Assembly: GCF_021869535.1 (NCBI RefSeq)
Contig: NW_026262701.1
Location: forward strand, 70,556,001-70,620,000
Direction: 5' to 3'
DNA: 64,000 bases
DNA from: Mytilus californianus
Lineage: Eukaryota
Both the position numbers and the translations under genes were made by a program. A model generated the notes under the pieces. The model saw only the letters and a list, made by a program, of their open reading frames with translations. It had not been told where the DNA came from and searched no databases. Positions 37,446-50,487 of the stretch are shown one piece after another (the first letter of the stretch is position 1; each line of letters starts with the position of its first letter).

Positions 37446-39248
37446 GGGTTGTTTTCCTTGCTACCTAGGGAGAGGAGACTCCCAGATGATGAAGTCATTG
37501 AAGCAAAAAAACTAGTTAACTTGAATGTTAGCAACAAGCTTATGAGGGACCATTTTGAGGAAAGGACAGGAAAGAAAATAATTCTGAAGCACATTAGCAA
37601 CATTGTCAACAAAGTCAACAAGACCAAGAAGACTGATAACCTCGAAAAACTTGTTCAAAAATTGAAAGTGACTGGTAAAGAATGATATCTGCCATTAAAT
37701 ACATGGAGTGTATTGTTTAGTCTAGATTGTGAAATGCAAGGGAAAATCGTGAGCTAATTATCCGCCCCCTTTACAGTGATTTTGTATCTGTTTATACGCC
37801 CGTTACTTGTCTTTTCGGAAAAACACTCCGTTTTCAGTAAAGGCAATTTAAACGTTTCATGCACTAACTCCAATACCTGTATGTTTTAGAATTAATCTAC
37901 ATATATTGTGCAATAATGAATATCAATATTAATCAAGACCCCAATCATGAAATATCACAAATTATGGCATGGATTGAAAGGCATTGTTTTTATATATGTA
38001 GCATAAAAACGTGAGTATGTGCCTAAAAATTATGATATGTTATATATTGTTGTTCTCTGAAAGAAAACCATTAAGCAATAATATGTGTAGCAAAGTACAT
38101 TTGTAAAATAAATTTTTAAAAGACAATTTATATTTGCAGGTTCAGAAGTTGAAATTTTCCATGATGGTGACAGCAATCTCCAAGCATTATTTTACCAGGA
38201 TGCTGAAATGCAGAGGGTTTTTGCAACTTTCCCAGAGATTATATTTGTAGATGCTACATACAAATTAAATGACAGGAGGATGCCATTTTATGTAATGATG
38301 GTTGAAGACAGTCTAGGCCAAAGTGAGGTAGCAGCTATAGCTTTAGTTAATTCTGAGGAAAGGGCTGTTTTACAGCAACTAATTCATTGCTTTAAGGAAA
38401 ATAATCAAGCTGCTGGAAAAACAAAAGTAATCATGGCCGATAAAGACATAAATGAGAGAGATGTATTCAAATCAGAATTACCAAATGCAATGCTGTTGAT
38501 TTGTCAGTTCCACGTTTTAAGGTCATTTAATAGAGAAATCACTACCGAAAAAATGGGGATATCTTCAGCTCAGAGACATACAGCATTAGAACTCTTACAG
38601 AAATTAGTTTATTGTAACTCAGAGACAGATTATGAGGCATCCTTGGAAGAAGTTAAACGTAAATGTTCAAGGCAGATTAATGAATATATCATTAACAATT
38701 GGCATGAAATAAGACATGAATGGGTGTTCGGACTAAAGTTATGTGATGGATCTTTAATGAACACTACAAACAATAGATTGGAGTCATTTAATCAGAAATT
38801 AAAACAGGTTATAAATCTCTATTCGTGTCTTGAGGTGTTCTTTGAAAAATTTCTTTCATTAATAAATACCGTGAGGAATGAGAGAGACCACAAAGGAAGT
38901 GTTGAAGTAATGAAAGTTAGCGTCCGGACAGCTTGTTTAAATTCAGAATCTGCAGAAGTAAAGTATTTAAATCATTTGACTGGTTATGCTTGTAAATTTG
39001 TTCTCCAACAACTTTCCAAAGCCAAACAGATTACAAATCTTAATGGTACATCAACAGATAGCAGACTAATGGATGATGAGATAGAACTTTGCACTGAATC
39101 ATGTAATTGTAACGTTAATAAATCGATGGGCCTGCCATGTAAACATATCTTTAAATTGTACATTATAAGTTGGACATTCTTGCAAATTTTATTAGATTTG
39201 ACTACTTATGTTTTGAATAAGCCAGGCTCCTACTTGGAGTTTTTTTAA
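37446..39248 (+). CDS. MULE transposase with SWIM zinc finger, 5'-partial; join(37446..37674,38140..39248)
   Basis: IFVDATYKLN (D), IMADKD (D), CQFHV, TTNNRLESFN (E), CNC..GLPCKH (SWIM). ACTG|GTAAAG and TTTGCAG|GT join in phase 1. N-terminal DNA-binding exon not found; true C-terminus may be spliced. Confidence 0.8.
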
Positions 39249-40825
39249 ATAAAAAAAAATTGTCATCATGTCAAATTTTACAGTTATTGCCCTTGAATTA
39301 TTTTTAACTTTAAGAGATAATCATTTTATTAAGATTGATATATCAAGACAGTTGCAGGTTAGGGTTCATACAGAGACAGAAGTCATTTCAGAGTTTTAGA
39401 GGAAGAAAATAGAAGTAAATGTACATGTACACATTCCTGATAATAATTTATGTAGATAATAAAATTATTGTTCTTATTATGACTTATAACATGCGTTATA
39501 CTTTTACAATTATTTCTATATCTTTGTTAAAATGTGCCAATGAAGTTGCAAAATAAAAATATTCCTAAAATTATGTTGCTCTGACTTAAATTTTTACCAA
39601 ATAGTTTTAATTGCTATAATGTGCCTTATACCTCTGATTTTATAGTGTATTGTTTTTAAAATCTGTTCTGGTCAGAAAAATACTATTCCATGCATTTTAA
39701 CTTCTTGGAAATATTGATTGTTACTTCAAAAGTTATTCAGTTATGATACACCATGCATATAATTATAATGAACAATATATATGAGATGTGGGATAAATGC
39801 CAATAAGACATCAACCCAACATGTTCAAATATTCAAAGCTACAACTGACATTCAGTATATATTTACTAGTAATTTGTGATAAAGTCAGAATCAAGGAATA
39901 GGGGGTATGTACTTGGTGCAACACAAATTATCCAGTTTTCAGAATGATGCACTTGAATTGAGTGTTGTTGACAAATGAAGATTCAGACATGCAACTGGTT
40001 AAGTTCAATTTACTGATTTGTGTAAAAAAAAACACCTTTTTCATTTTTAAGCCAAGGTCATGACAGTGTAAATGGCAAGTTAAGTTTTTGCCTGTATGTC
40101 AATTTCTCAGAAACTAGACCTGTTGTTCAGTGGTTGTCATTTCTCATTTGTTTTTCATTTTGTATATAAATTAAGATCGTTGGTTTTCCCGTTTGAATTG
40201 TTTCACACTGGTCATTTTGGGGCCTTTTATAGCTTACTGTTCAGTGTGAGCCAAGGCTCTGTGGTGAAGGCCGTACTGTGACCTATAATTGCTTTCTTTA
40301 ACTACATTGTGTCTTGGATAGAGAGTTGTCTTATTGGCACTCATACCACATCTTATTCATGTGGTATAACAATGATACAGGTTCTTGGATCATTTGATAG
40401 ATTTTTGGTACCTCACTATTAATAAGGTCACTTTGACCAAAATTCAAGCAACTTGGTAAAGTTTTTGAGGTTAGGTCAAGTTCTCAGAATACTCAGTGGG
40501 TAGAACTTATATAGAACAATAGGGTTCATCATTCAATAGAAAGGTCACTTTTTATACTTTGTATATTCTCTATTTGTGCAACTTTTTATTTTTTTTAAGA
40601 TCTATTTACATAAGGAGATTGCCATACTGTATCTCATAGACACATTTTAGTTTCCATAAACATCTAGACATGATCATATTCAGATCATTTAGCAGAGAGA
40701 AATATCAGATATATGCTAGTCCATCCTACTAGATAGCCTTACAAAAAGATAAAGAATATCATCACGGCTATGAATGCTAGTCAGACAAATAGATGCAGTG
40801 ATATTATTAATAGCTTTAATGATAT

Positions 40826-41033
40826 ATTTTTTTCTGGCTACCGGATCAATAGCACTGAAGCTATTCTTCCGGCTAGCCGGACAAATAGCACTGAAGCTAT
40901 TCTTCCGGCTAGCCGGAAAAATAGGTCTTGTACTATTCTTCCGACTAGCCGGACAAATAGCTCTGGAACTATTCTTCCGGCTAGCCGGACAAATAGCTCT
41001 GGTACTATTCTTCCGGCATGCCGGAACAATAGC
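40826..41033. repeat. Six 36-bp tandem units, each centred on the palindrome CCGGCTAGCCGG
   Basis: Unit ATTCTTCCGGCTAGCCGGACAAATAGCACTGAAGCT read directly from 40826-41033. Confidence 0.95.
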
Positions 41034-43419
41034 CGCTGCCTTCATTCTTTGATGTGGTTATCACATTACGTGGTGGAGGTAAAACCACGTGACCATTTCG
41101 GAAAAAACTAGTTCTATTTTTAGATCATAGATTTCCATGTTTTATGTGCCTTGGATGAGTGTGGCCATGCATCCATCGAGTTAGAGTTTAAATTAAAGTT
41201 TCGAATTAAACTAAGAGTTTAAATTAAAGTTTCGAATTAAACTTAGAGTTTGGCAAATCATCATTACGAAACAACAAAACCACATCATGTAATGAAACAA
41301 CTACATTACGTTAAGTCACATACACATCAAGTAATGTAAAAACCACATTGCCTAATGAAACAACCACATTAAATAATGGCGAAACCACATCGACTAATGA
41401 CAAAGCCACATTGATTAATGACAAAACCATATCAAGTAATGATAAAACTATATCAAGTCAATACGAAACCATATCGTGAAATATCGAAATATCATTAAGT
41501 AATGACTATGCCATATTGAGTTATATCAAAACATCATTATGGAAAGACAACATATCATCAAGTAATAATAAAACAACATAACGTAATATAAGAGTTCCAC
41601 ATAAGACAGCTGTGGCGTTCAATATATATGCTGGTTGATAGTTGTCTCGTTGGTAATCATATCACATCTCTTTATTTTTATGTAGACATAGAGTTCTAAA
41701 GAAGTAAAGAGCCAACATAACGTAACGTAATTAACTACTGTATTTTCTGGCAATCAACAATGAATTTATATTCCATAATTTATGGATGTAGGACAGATAA
41801 TTATATAAAATTATATGAAGTTTATTCGAGGTTTCTTAGCAAGCGAAAGAAATAAGAAAAAAATATTGGAAAATGGTCTTCTTGTAAAGGAACCAGGTTC
41901 CCAGGTTGACGATTTTGCACGTGCAATATAACATTAAAACTATGTACATAAAATTTGATCCGAATTAACAGTACCGATGTAATTATTTTGCATTATCATG
42001 CTAGCTAAGTTTTGTCCCTTAACCATTGATAAATATTGTCCTGGATCAAAGATAAAAATATAACCGATATTTTTGCACTTTTAAGCCGATTTCTACTTCA
42101 TGCAATCCAAACAAAATTGGTTCCGTATACGAAGGAAACTTTCGCAATGTAAAGTTGACATGATTTCTAACATTAAAAAAAAAACAAACAAGAAAGCTTT
42201 TTTTCTTCGAATATTAAACTTTTGGATTTTTGTCTTGAATATAAACTTTTGGATTTTTTTTATTCATTGAGCTCTTCTTAGAAATCATGAGAATTTAGGA
42301 AATTATGAGGTCATTATTGAGGACGAAATTTGTGAATACCTTGACACATTTTTAGAATGACAAAAATGACGTGTATTGTGCACTAACAATTTATGACAAT
42401 CTAGAGTGTCAGGTATCATTATGTGTAACAGGAAGGTTATTGTGTAAAAAGTTATTTCTGAGTAACACGTTTAAGTGTATCTATTTCTACGATATGGTTA
42501 AAGTTTATTGAGACTTTGGGTTTTTCATTGCTTCCAATTATACGTGTAACAATGTATGGAAGTGGAATTACTAATTCGGTCCTGATTTGTAATATTTATT
42601 GCCGTGTAAGCGGGTTTTACATGAACATATAACCCTTTGTAATCAACTGGAAAAAAACTCTGTTTCGCAGTCAAAATTTGCATATTTTGTCCTGGAAAAA
42701 AATATCTGACGGCTGCTTTAAGGTGCAACCATCTAGTATTTTGAAAAAAAATATGTCGCTATTTCTATAGTGCAAGATATTGATAAACATTTGTTTTGAC
42801 GGTCCTATTAATACTAATCAATAAAAACATGTGTTTACAACTTAAATATGGTATACTAAATTTATCATGATATACTTTTGTATTTTGGTTGTCTGTTTTT
42901 GTATTGCTTTTAATTTTGTTTTTAATTTCTCTTGTTCATTTTGCAATTATTTAAACCTATACTTATGTTAAATTTGAAAATTAAATCATGATCGACTAAT
43001 GCTATTCTGTGCAAACGATAGTTAAAAGATTTATCTCACAAAACATGTTTAACCCCGCCGCATTTTTGCGCCTGTCCCAAGTCAGGAGCCTCTGGCCTTT
43101 GTTAGTTTGTATGTTTTTTTCAATTTTAGTTCCTTTATATGTTTTGGAGTTTAGTGTGACGTCCATTTTCACTGAACCAGTACATAATTTTATTTAGGGG
43201 CCAACTGAGGACCACCTCCGGGTGCGGGATTTTCTCGCTGCGTTGAAGACCCATTGGTGGTCTTCGGTTGTTATCTGCTCTTTGGTCGGGTTGTTGTCTC
43301 TTTGACATATTCCCCATTTCCATTCTCAATTTAATTATCCAGTAACCCTTTTTATTTTATTCATAGAAAAGTTAATCTGGTAAAACAATTTACCAAAAAA
43401 AAAGTTGCAGTTGTGTCTG

Positions 43420-44610
43420 GTTGGAAAAAATGGCACCATTTCAGAAAATCTAGGAGTTACATATTATCAAATGAACTTCAGTTGTGGTTAAAAATTTACA
43501 GAAATTGTTCACTTTAAGTATGAAATTTCTTTTTCACGGTATATATCTTACAATAAATCATTTCAGAGAAAAATTTGAAAGCAAATCAGAGAAATTTTAA
43601 ATTACAAATCAGAGAAATATTATATAACAAATCAGAGAAATAATAAATAACAAATCAGAGAAATATTCCATAACAAATCAGAGAAATATTAAATAACAAA
43701 TCAGAGAAATATCAAATAACAAATCAGAGAAATATTCCATAACAAATCAGAGAATTATTAAATAACAAATCAGAGAAATAGTAAATAACAAATCAGAGAA
43801 AAAGTAAATAACAAATAATAAAAAAATAAAACATAGATAAAATCGATAATAAACCAGAGAATAATTGAATTATAAATCAGAGACCAATTAAACATTAAAT
43901 CAGAGAAAAAATAGATAACAAATTAGAAAAAAATAATAAATCAGAGAACAATTAAATAACAAGCAAGAGAAAAATTAAAAAACTTTTCAAATCAGAGAAC
44001 AATTAAATAACAAGCAAGAGAAAAATTAAAAAACTTTTCAAATCGGAGAACAATTAAATAACAAATCAGAGAACAATTAAATAATATATCAGAGAACAAT
44101 TAAAATAACAATTAAATAGCATATCAGAAGACAAGTAAATAACAAATCAGAAACTGAAAACACAAATGAGAGAAAAAGTAAATTACAAATCACACAATTT
44201 TCCAAAAAGTTTTGTTGAAAAATATGGGACCATTTCAGAGAAGAAGTGACATATTGTCAAATGAACTACAGCTGTTCTTAAAACATTTACAGAAATTGTT
44301 CACTTAACTATAAGATTGTTTTTATGCATTGCAACATATCACAATTAAATACTACAGAGAAAAAATAGGAAAAGGTTGACTGGGATATAGAAATAAAGTC
44401 TTCCCAGGACTTCTCCCGTCTGACAGTGAATCCCGTGATAAAGTTTGTTGTACATTCGGCTGTGCGGAATGTATCAATACGTAGTCACTAAGGGAATATT
44501 GCATTCGTTTCTGGAAAAAAAATTGGCACCATATATTTTAGAAAAGAAACTGTATATTGTCAAATGAACTTCAATTTATTTAAGATTTTACAGAAATTGT
44601 TCAACCAATT
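43420..44610. repeat. ~23-bp minisatellite (AAATCAGAGAAATATTAAATAAC-like, ~43575-44190) bracketed by three ~100-bp direct repeats
   Basis: GCACCAT..TATTGTCAAATGAACT..TTTACAGAAATTGTTCA blocks at ~43425, 44220 and 44515. Confidence 0.85.
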
Positions 44611-44802
44611 AAATTATAAAATGGGAACGTTAAATTTGAAACATCGTATAGGATGAGTGGCACGCTCTATGAACGTTAAGGAATCCTTTTAACAACTCTC
44701 TGAGGGGTGCGTAGGTTGCCTGTTGCAAGGCAAAATTTCTGCTGATAACCAACATATCCTCATTTTCTTGTAGTACATATTTTCCAACCGTCACCCTAGT
44801 CG

Positions 44803-45028
44803 GCACACGACGGGTGCCACATGAGGAGCAGGGTCTGCTTACCCTTCCCGAGCACCTGAGATCACCCCCAGTTTTTGGTGGGGTTCGTGTTGCTTAGTCT
44901 TTAGTTTTCTATGTTGTGTCATCTGTACTATTATTTGCCTGTTTGTCTTTTTATTTTTGGCCATGGTGTTGTCAGTTTGTTTTCGATCTATGAGTTTGAC
45001 TGTCCCTATGGTATCTTTCGTCCCTCTT
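44803..45028 (+). mobile_element. 3' fragment of the Penelope-like repeat
   Basis: Near-identical to 27760-27984. Confidence 0.75.
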
Positions 45029-47827
45029 GTTGACCCTACCTATGATATACTAATAGTTTACGTTTTCTCGTCCTGAATATGCATGAAATATTCGCCACTG
45101 GACGTTTAGCAAGCAAGAATTAGTCAATTACAAATCAATTGATTAATTGCAGAAACCTTGCTAAGATCATGTACCAATACAGAAACCAATGATTACAATA
45201 TAAATTAACCCCCTCCCCCCCCCCCCCCCCCCAAAAAAAAAAAAGGTGAGTCAGACGTGAGTGCACTTTTAGCACAAGTACGGTCACTTGGAAACTACTG
45301 AAATAGTCATACTGTACTTAACATATCTGTCAGAATCTGTTTAACAGGACGGAAATCGTGTCTGACAATTTTTTCCAATTGACCGCAATTAGCTGTACTA
45401 GTATATAAAGTAAAGAGTACCATAACCCCTTTTCCTTTCCATTACGTAACATTTTGATTCAAATAATTGACTATTGGTTCAAATGCAACAATAAATACTA
45501 AAAACAACTCAATTTGATACTAATTGATTTGTCTAGATTTGTCTATGTTTTGACCAAATTTGTCAAACTTTTTCTCATCGTAGTATTTTCTTTTTCACTT
45601 AATAATTCGTTGAAATAGCTTTATTTACTAAGGTTATATATTTGTATTCGGTAAGATACGTAAAGAACGAATTTCATGTCATACTTATTCACGTTATTTT
45701 ATAACAATGGGTCGGTACCGCTGCTGACTTAAGTGGAAATAACCGAGGTTTCCATCCGCACGGTAACCCGCTTTGGTTCTGATATTATTATCATGAACTT
45801 TATATGTTTTAGTTTAAAGTATTCAGTTTATAAAAATCATTTGTTTGTGTATTAAACAAAGTTGTTTTAGGCTTTGATGCTACATATTGTTTTATATGTT
45901 TGAGGTCCCAGGTATATCATAAAAGAATGGCAGAGAAGCAGGTCCGATGGGCCTTGAAATTGGCATGTTTTGTTTGTATTTATGCTAAAATCATTAAACG
46001 AGAGGCCGTTAGTTTTCTCAATTGAATTGTTTCATATTTTTTTTATATCGGGGCCTTTATAGCCGACTATACGGTATGGGTTTTTCTCATTGTTGAAGGC
46101 CTTACGGTTGCCTTTATTTGCTTACATCTTTTTCATTTGAACTTGTCTCATTGGCAATCATATCCGATCTAAGAGTAATTGCAATATTGCATAATAATAA
46201 TGTGGTAAAACCTGTTGATCATATCTGTAATTTCCTCTTGCATGAAACAGCAGTTTAACTATTTACTCTTAACCGCTCTCATATTTCTATGAACACTCAC
46301 GGTGGTATATAAATATTAAAACGGTTATAATGAATTGACCTTGAAACTTACGGAAATGTTATCTGCACAATCTTGGTGAGTTCGATGAGTTAATGAACTG
46401 TCGAGGAAATCTTAATTCAATTCCTGGTCAAATATACTTTTAACTCGTTATACCATTGTGAAAACACAAAAAAATAAAACCAATTGTTACTAACTTTAAA
46501 TAGTAATAATACATGGAATTTGAAAAAAGTGTAACATTTCTTTTTTCAGGAGTAACTCATAAGTAGTGCGATGTAATCTTACTCGAGTGATAAATTAAAA
46601 ACAGAAAAGATATTTTATTAAAATTACAAGAATCTAAGAGAAATAATGATAAAAAACCGGAGTACTCTTTGACGGATTACGCATAAAGCCACACTAACAG
46701 ACATCATCGTAACGTTTGTCGGTGATTGCATTAAATTATAATCGATAAATTTACTAAAAAATGGCTTCACGGACTTGAGATTTCTTGATCAAAGTTTCAG
46801 CCAAATACTTTTAAAACATTTAAAACTTTGTTGAAAACCTGAAGATAACTATAAAACATAATGTGAATTCACATGTACATCCACATAAAAATGATGCAAA
46901 CTTTTTTGGATTGCCTACAAAGTCCTTTAAAGCAAGGAAATGGACAAACAAGAAGAGGCTGAAAAGGAAGATGATATTTCTTCCGCCATCTTGGATTGTA
47001 AAATAGCAGAAAATAATCGGCTAGATTTTTAATTGATGAAATATGCTAACTTTTAGAGAGGAAGAAAATTCTTTTTAAAAACTGTTCATCCAAATGAAGA
47101 AAATTATGTGTTTTATTACGACATTCCACTCTTCTAGGTTAAAGGGGATGGTCGGCACCCGCTAACATGTATATAACTATCCACATACAAAATGTGGCGG
47201 GGTTAAACATTTTTTGCTAGCAATTTATTTATGGTAGCAAACTAAACCATTATGTTTTACTCATTAAAGCACACTCTAAATTCTCAAATATTTTTATTGT
47301 TTTCATATCTGATATTTAACAAAATATATACAATAATCTGAAACAAAATGATTTAGACCGGCTTTAGTATTTACCTATAGTTTCATTTAACAAAGTAAGA
47401 AAAGAATGATATGACTTTCAACAGGAAAAGCAAACTTAAACCGCATTGAAATAGGAAGCACATTCGTTAGTAACAGCAGAAATAAATCAATCTTCAAAGG
47501 GGGTCAGCATAAAGTTAAAATGAATTAAACCATGACTTGACAATTATTATAAACAACAGTTTATGACATGTATGTATGTTTGCTTCAAAGTCTTGCATTA
47601 CAATATGCGTAAACACTGACAAACTTCATTCTTGTACGAATTAGGACCATAGGATTCATTTTCAAAATTTTGTTGTATCGTATATTTCTGCCCTTTAATA
47701 CTGGCTGTGTACTATGAAATTATGATTCAACCACACCCAATTAAAATTTATATAACTGGTATTTTTACAAAGTTTTTCCATTGGAAGACCAAAATTTTAA
47801 TGTTTTATATATATATATATATATATT

Positions 47828-48467
47828 ATAAACAAGTCTAAATTGAAAACAACTCTCAAACCTATGATTGCGTTGGATAAAAACCGCAATTTTTATACGT
47901 GTGCATTTCCTGGTAGAGGGGTCTAAATACAGCACAAACAACAATTTCCAAAAGACCAAAAAGAGTGAAAAAGTATATTTTAACAAAACGCATTTGACTA
48001 ACAGGTCGAACAACTGATGTTCTTAAACCCTCCTGACTGCCATTGACGATTGCCAAATAAATTGATCACAAGATTTAACAAAATGGATCTTAATATTAAT
48101 TTAATACCAAACAGAAAACAATAAACTTGCGGGAAAGATGGTATACCACAAACATGAGGTGCAAAAATTTGTACACCATATCCGGATTTCGACAATTAAT
48201 GTCTCTACAGTGATGTTAGGGATTGAAACGGTATTTGGAAGGCCATATAATTTACCTCAATTTAGGATAGACTCTTGAATTTTAAAGAGTCGAAATAGGA
48301 TGAACGGATCATATAAACCCGAGGGAAAATATAATACAAGCCCAAACGAAAAAATATAAACAAGTCTAAATTGAAAACAACGTTCAAACCTATGATTGCG
48401 TTGGATAAAAACCGCAATTTTTATACGTGTGCATGTAAAACAATTTCGTGGTAGAGGGGTCTAAATA
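47828..48467 (-). mobile_element. Retrozyme-like element, family 2: 528-bp unit plus ~100-bp terminal redundancy
   Basis: 47828-47929 repeats at 48356-48467; hammerhead motif at 48173-48216; flanked by (TA)n. Confidence 0.75.
48173..48216 (-). ncRNA. Minimal type-I hammerhead ribozyme motif with one core substitution (A6U)
   Basis: Minus strand: ACAUCA-CUGUAGA-GAC(auuaauu)GUC-GAAA-U(CCGG)A-UA^UGGUGU; all three stems pair. Confidence 0.75.
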
Positions 48468-48866
48468 TAAATATATATATTGACATATGCAACAAACATA
48501 CACTAATCTTCAACTAATATACAAATAATTAAAAACAAAATATAAAATGGAAGAATATAAAAAAAAGTAAATCATTTCAATCACACAATTAAATTCAATC
48601 ACAACATAAATACACATACAAGCCAATAAAATATTGTGTTAAATAAAAATTTAAAAATGAAAATTAATGTTCTGACCACACTCATTCATTTGAAATATAT
48701 ATGACAAAAACTCATTAAAGTTATGAAGTTTGTTTTTAAATAATTTAATTTTGGATGTAACACGTCTTCTGATTGGCTCATAGACATAATTTTGTAATGT
48801 GACCGTGACGTCATCAACGTTTTTTTCATGATTTACTCTACAAAAGTGGAATTTAGAATTAAATTA

Positions 48867-49021
48867 TAAGGAATGACTGTAATATTTTTTCTGTCTATTT
48901 GAAATAACCTAAAAAATGTGGTGCACACTTTTAAATAACGCCCTACGGGGGTTATTCAGTGTGCATCACATTTTTGATGTTATTTCTTCATAGACAGAAA
49001 AAATAATACAGTCATTCCTTA
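48867..49021. repeat. Imperfect ~75-bp-arm foldback
   Basis: TAAGGAATGACTGTAATATTTTTTCTGTCTAT..TGTGGTGCACAC / GTGTGCATCACA..ATAGACAGAAAAAATAATACAGTCATTCCTTA. Confidence 0.8.
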
Positions 49022-49699
49022 AATATTTTCATACTGCATATGTAAAAAAGAATGACATGTTTCTGAATATCCACAATATCAAGTTATTATTCAACCAAAT
49101 TGCAGTTATTTGTAAGTGACATCTGCAATATGTAAAACACAAATTTATTCATAAAATAATAATTTAGTTACAAGAACTGCAAACACAATCTGAAAATACT
49201 TTGTAGTATTGTAATTAGATTTAACTTCTGTACGGCGGAGTAAAAACATCATTAAAAAAATAAATTACCATTTTTGAGCTTCTCCCAAACTTAAGACTAT
49301 AATATTTGAAAGACTTTTAGGGCATTTCGTTAAGAGTGATTTGGGGGTATATTAGCGAAATGGAATACTAATAAATGTAATATGAACATATACTTAAACA
49401 TTCATACCACATCACTTTTATCATGATAACAGATTCAGTGAGCACGACAGCTGTTTCTAGAATAATCGAAGAGGTTAATGCCACATACACAAAACGTTTT
49501 AGACCATCAAAAAGAAAAGGCCATATTAGCCAGGAATAATTATCTACCGCCAACTTTGCTTGATTTGTAACTTTAGTAAGTTCGATTAAATGATTTGTAT
49601 GTAAATAAAACAACAAAGTGTCATTCAAATATTGACTGTACCGAATTATTTGACGCGTGTCCATTGGTAAGTCACAAGACCATTACATATCATTTCCCC

Positions 49700-50308
49700 T
49701 GAGCAGGACTCGGAAGAGGCTTTATCAAGTAAATATGAGACTAAGCATAAAATAACAGAAAGAGAAAAACTTAGTACTTAAGAGCATTTTAAAGAGAAAG
49801 AGAACCTAAGGAACAGATAAAATGGTCATCATTAATATTCCAACTGTCAGTTTATTTCTTAAAATCTGCAGATGTTAATCTCTGCCCATAGTCTCAATAT
49901 AGAGACAGGCAGATATTACAATGTGCAGATTGAGAAAATAGGTTATGTAATATGTGCAATTGCAATATTTTTGAAGATGAACACCATTTTTAGAATGTGA
50001 TAGGTTTAGTGATGTAAGAAAACAATATATTCAGAAATATTACTGACAAAAACCATCCACTTTTAAACTTATACTGTTGCTTTCAGTTCACAATGTGAAA
50101 GAACTTAATAATTTTGGAAATTTTTTTAGCAGTATTGAATAAATCAGTAATGTGTAGTTGTATTCCTTATTTATCACCATATGATTAATGTCATTCTCTG
50201 CCATATGAGTATTTATAATTATTTTTTATTAATATGACACTTATGTATTTGAAAAATTTAATGTAAACATGTATATTCTATGCTTCTGAATAAAGTATTA
50301 TTATTATT
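49700..50308 (+). mobile_element. 5'-truncated LINE (CR1/L2-like) 3' end
   Basis: SAHSLNIETGRY..RLCNMCNCNIFEDEHHF.LEC..KPSTFKLI.LLS (C-terminal CCHC-type region, with frameshifts and a stop), then AATAAA and a (TAT)n tail at 50289-50308. Confidence 0.8.
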
Positions 50309-50487
50309 GTATAAAGGAGACTGGTATAGAGTGCTACTGAATGCTTTTATCCATTTTAATTAGCATAATCATGTATGAAATTTAAACATGTACAATTATT
50401 AATCTACGGTACAAAAATATTGACAATTTATCTGTTTTTAAGTAACCAATCACATATTTAAAAATCTGTTTTGTAAATACAAATGCA

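Larger units (their letters stand above)
36768..41515 (+). mobile_element. Mutator-like (MULE) DNA transposon with 257-bp TIRs
   Basis: 36768-37024 and 41259-41515 are near-perfect reverse complements built from ~21-bp subrepeats. The right end may extend to ~41598. No TSD recognised. Confidence 0.9.

Noticed and set aside
40826-41033. CRISPR-like array (palindromic repeats with variable spacers)
   Set aside because: Spacers are only 8 nt and related to each other, there are no cas genes, and the context is eukaryotic; it is a minisatellite.
49368-49664. 98-aa hydrophobic minus-strand ORF as an extra IRF exon or membrane protein
   Set aside because: No convincing acceptor/donor pair or recognisable domain, and the IRF frame already ends at 50488.
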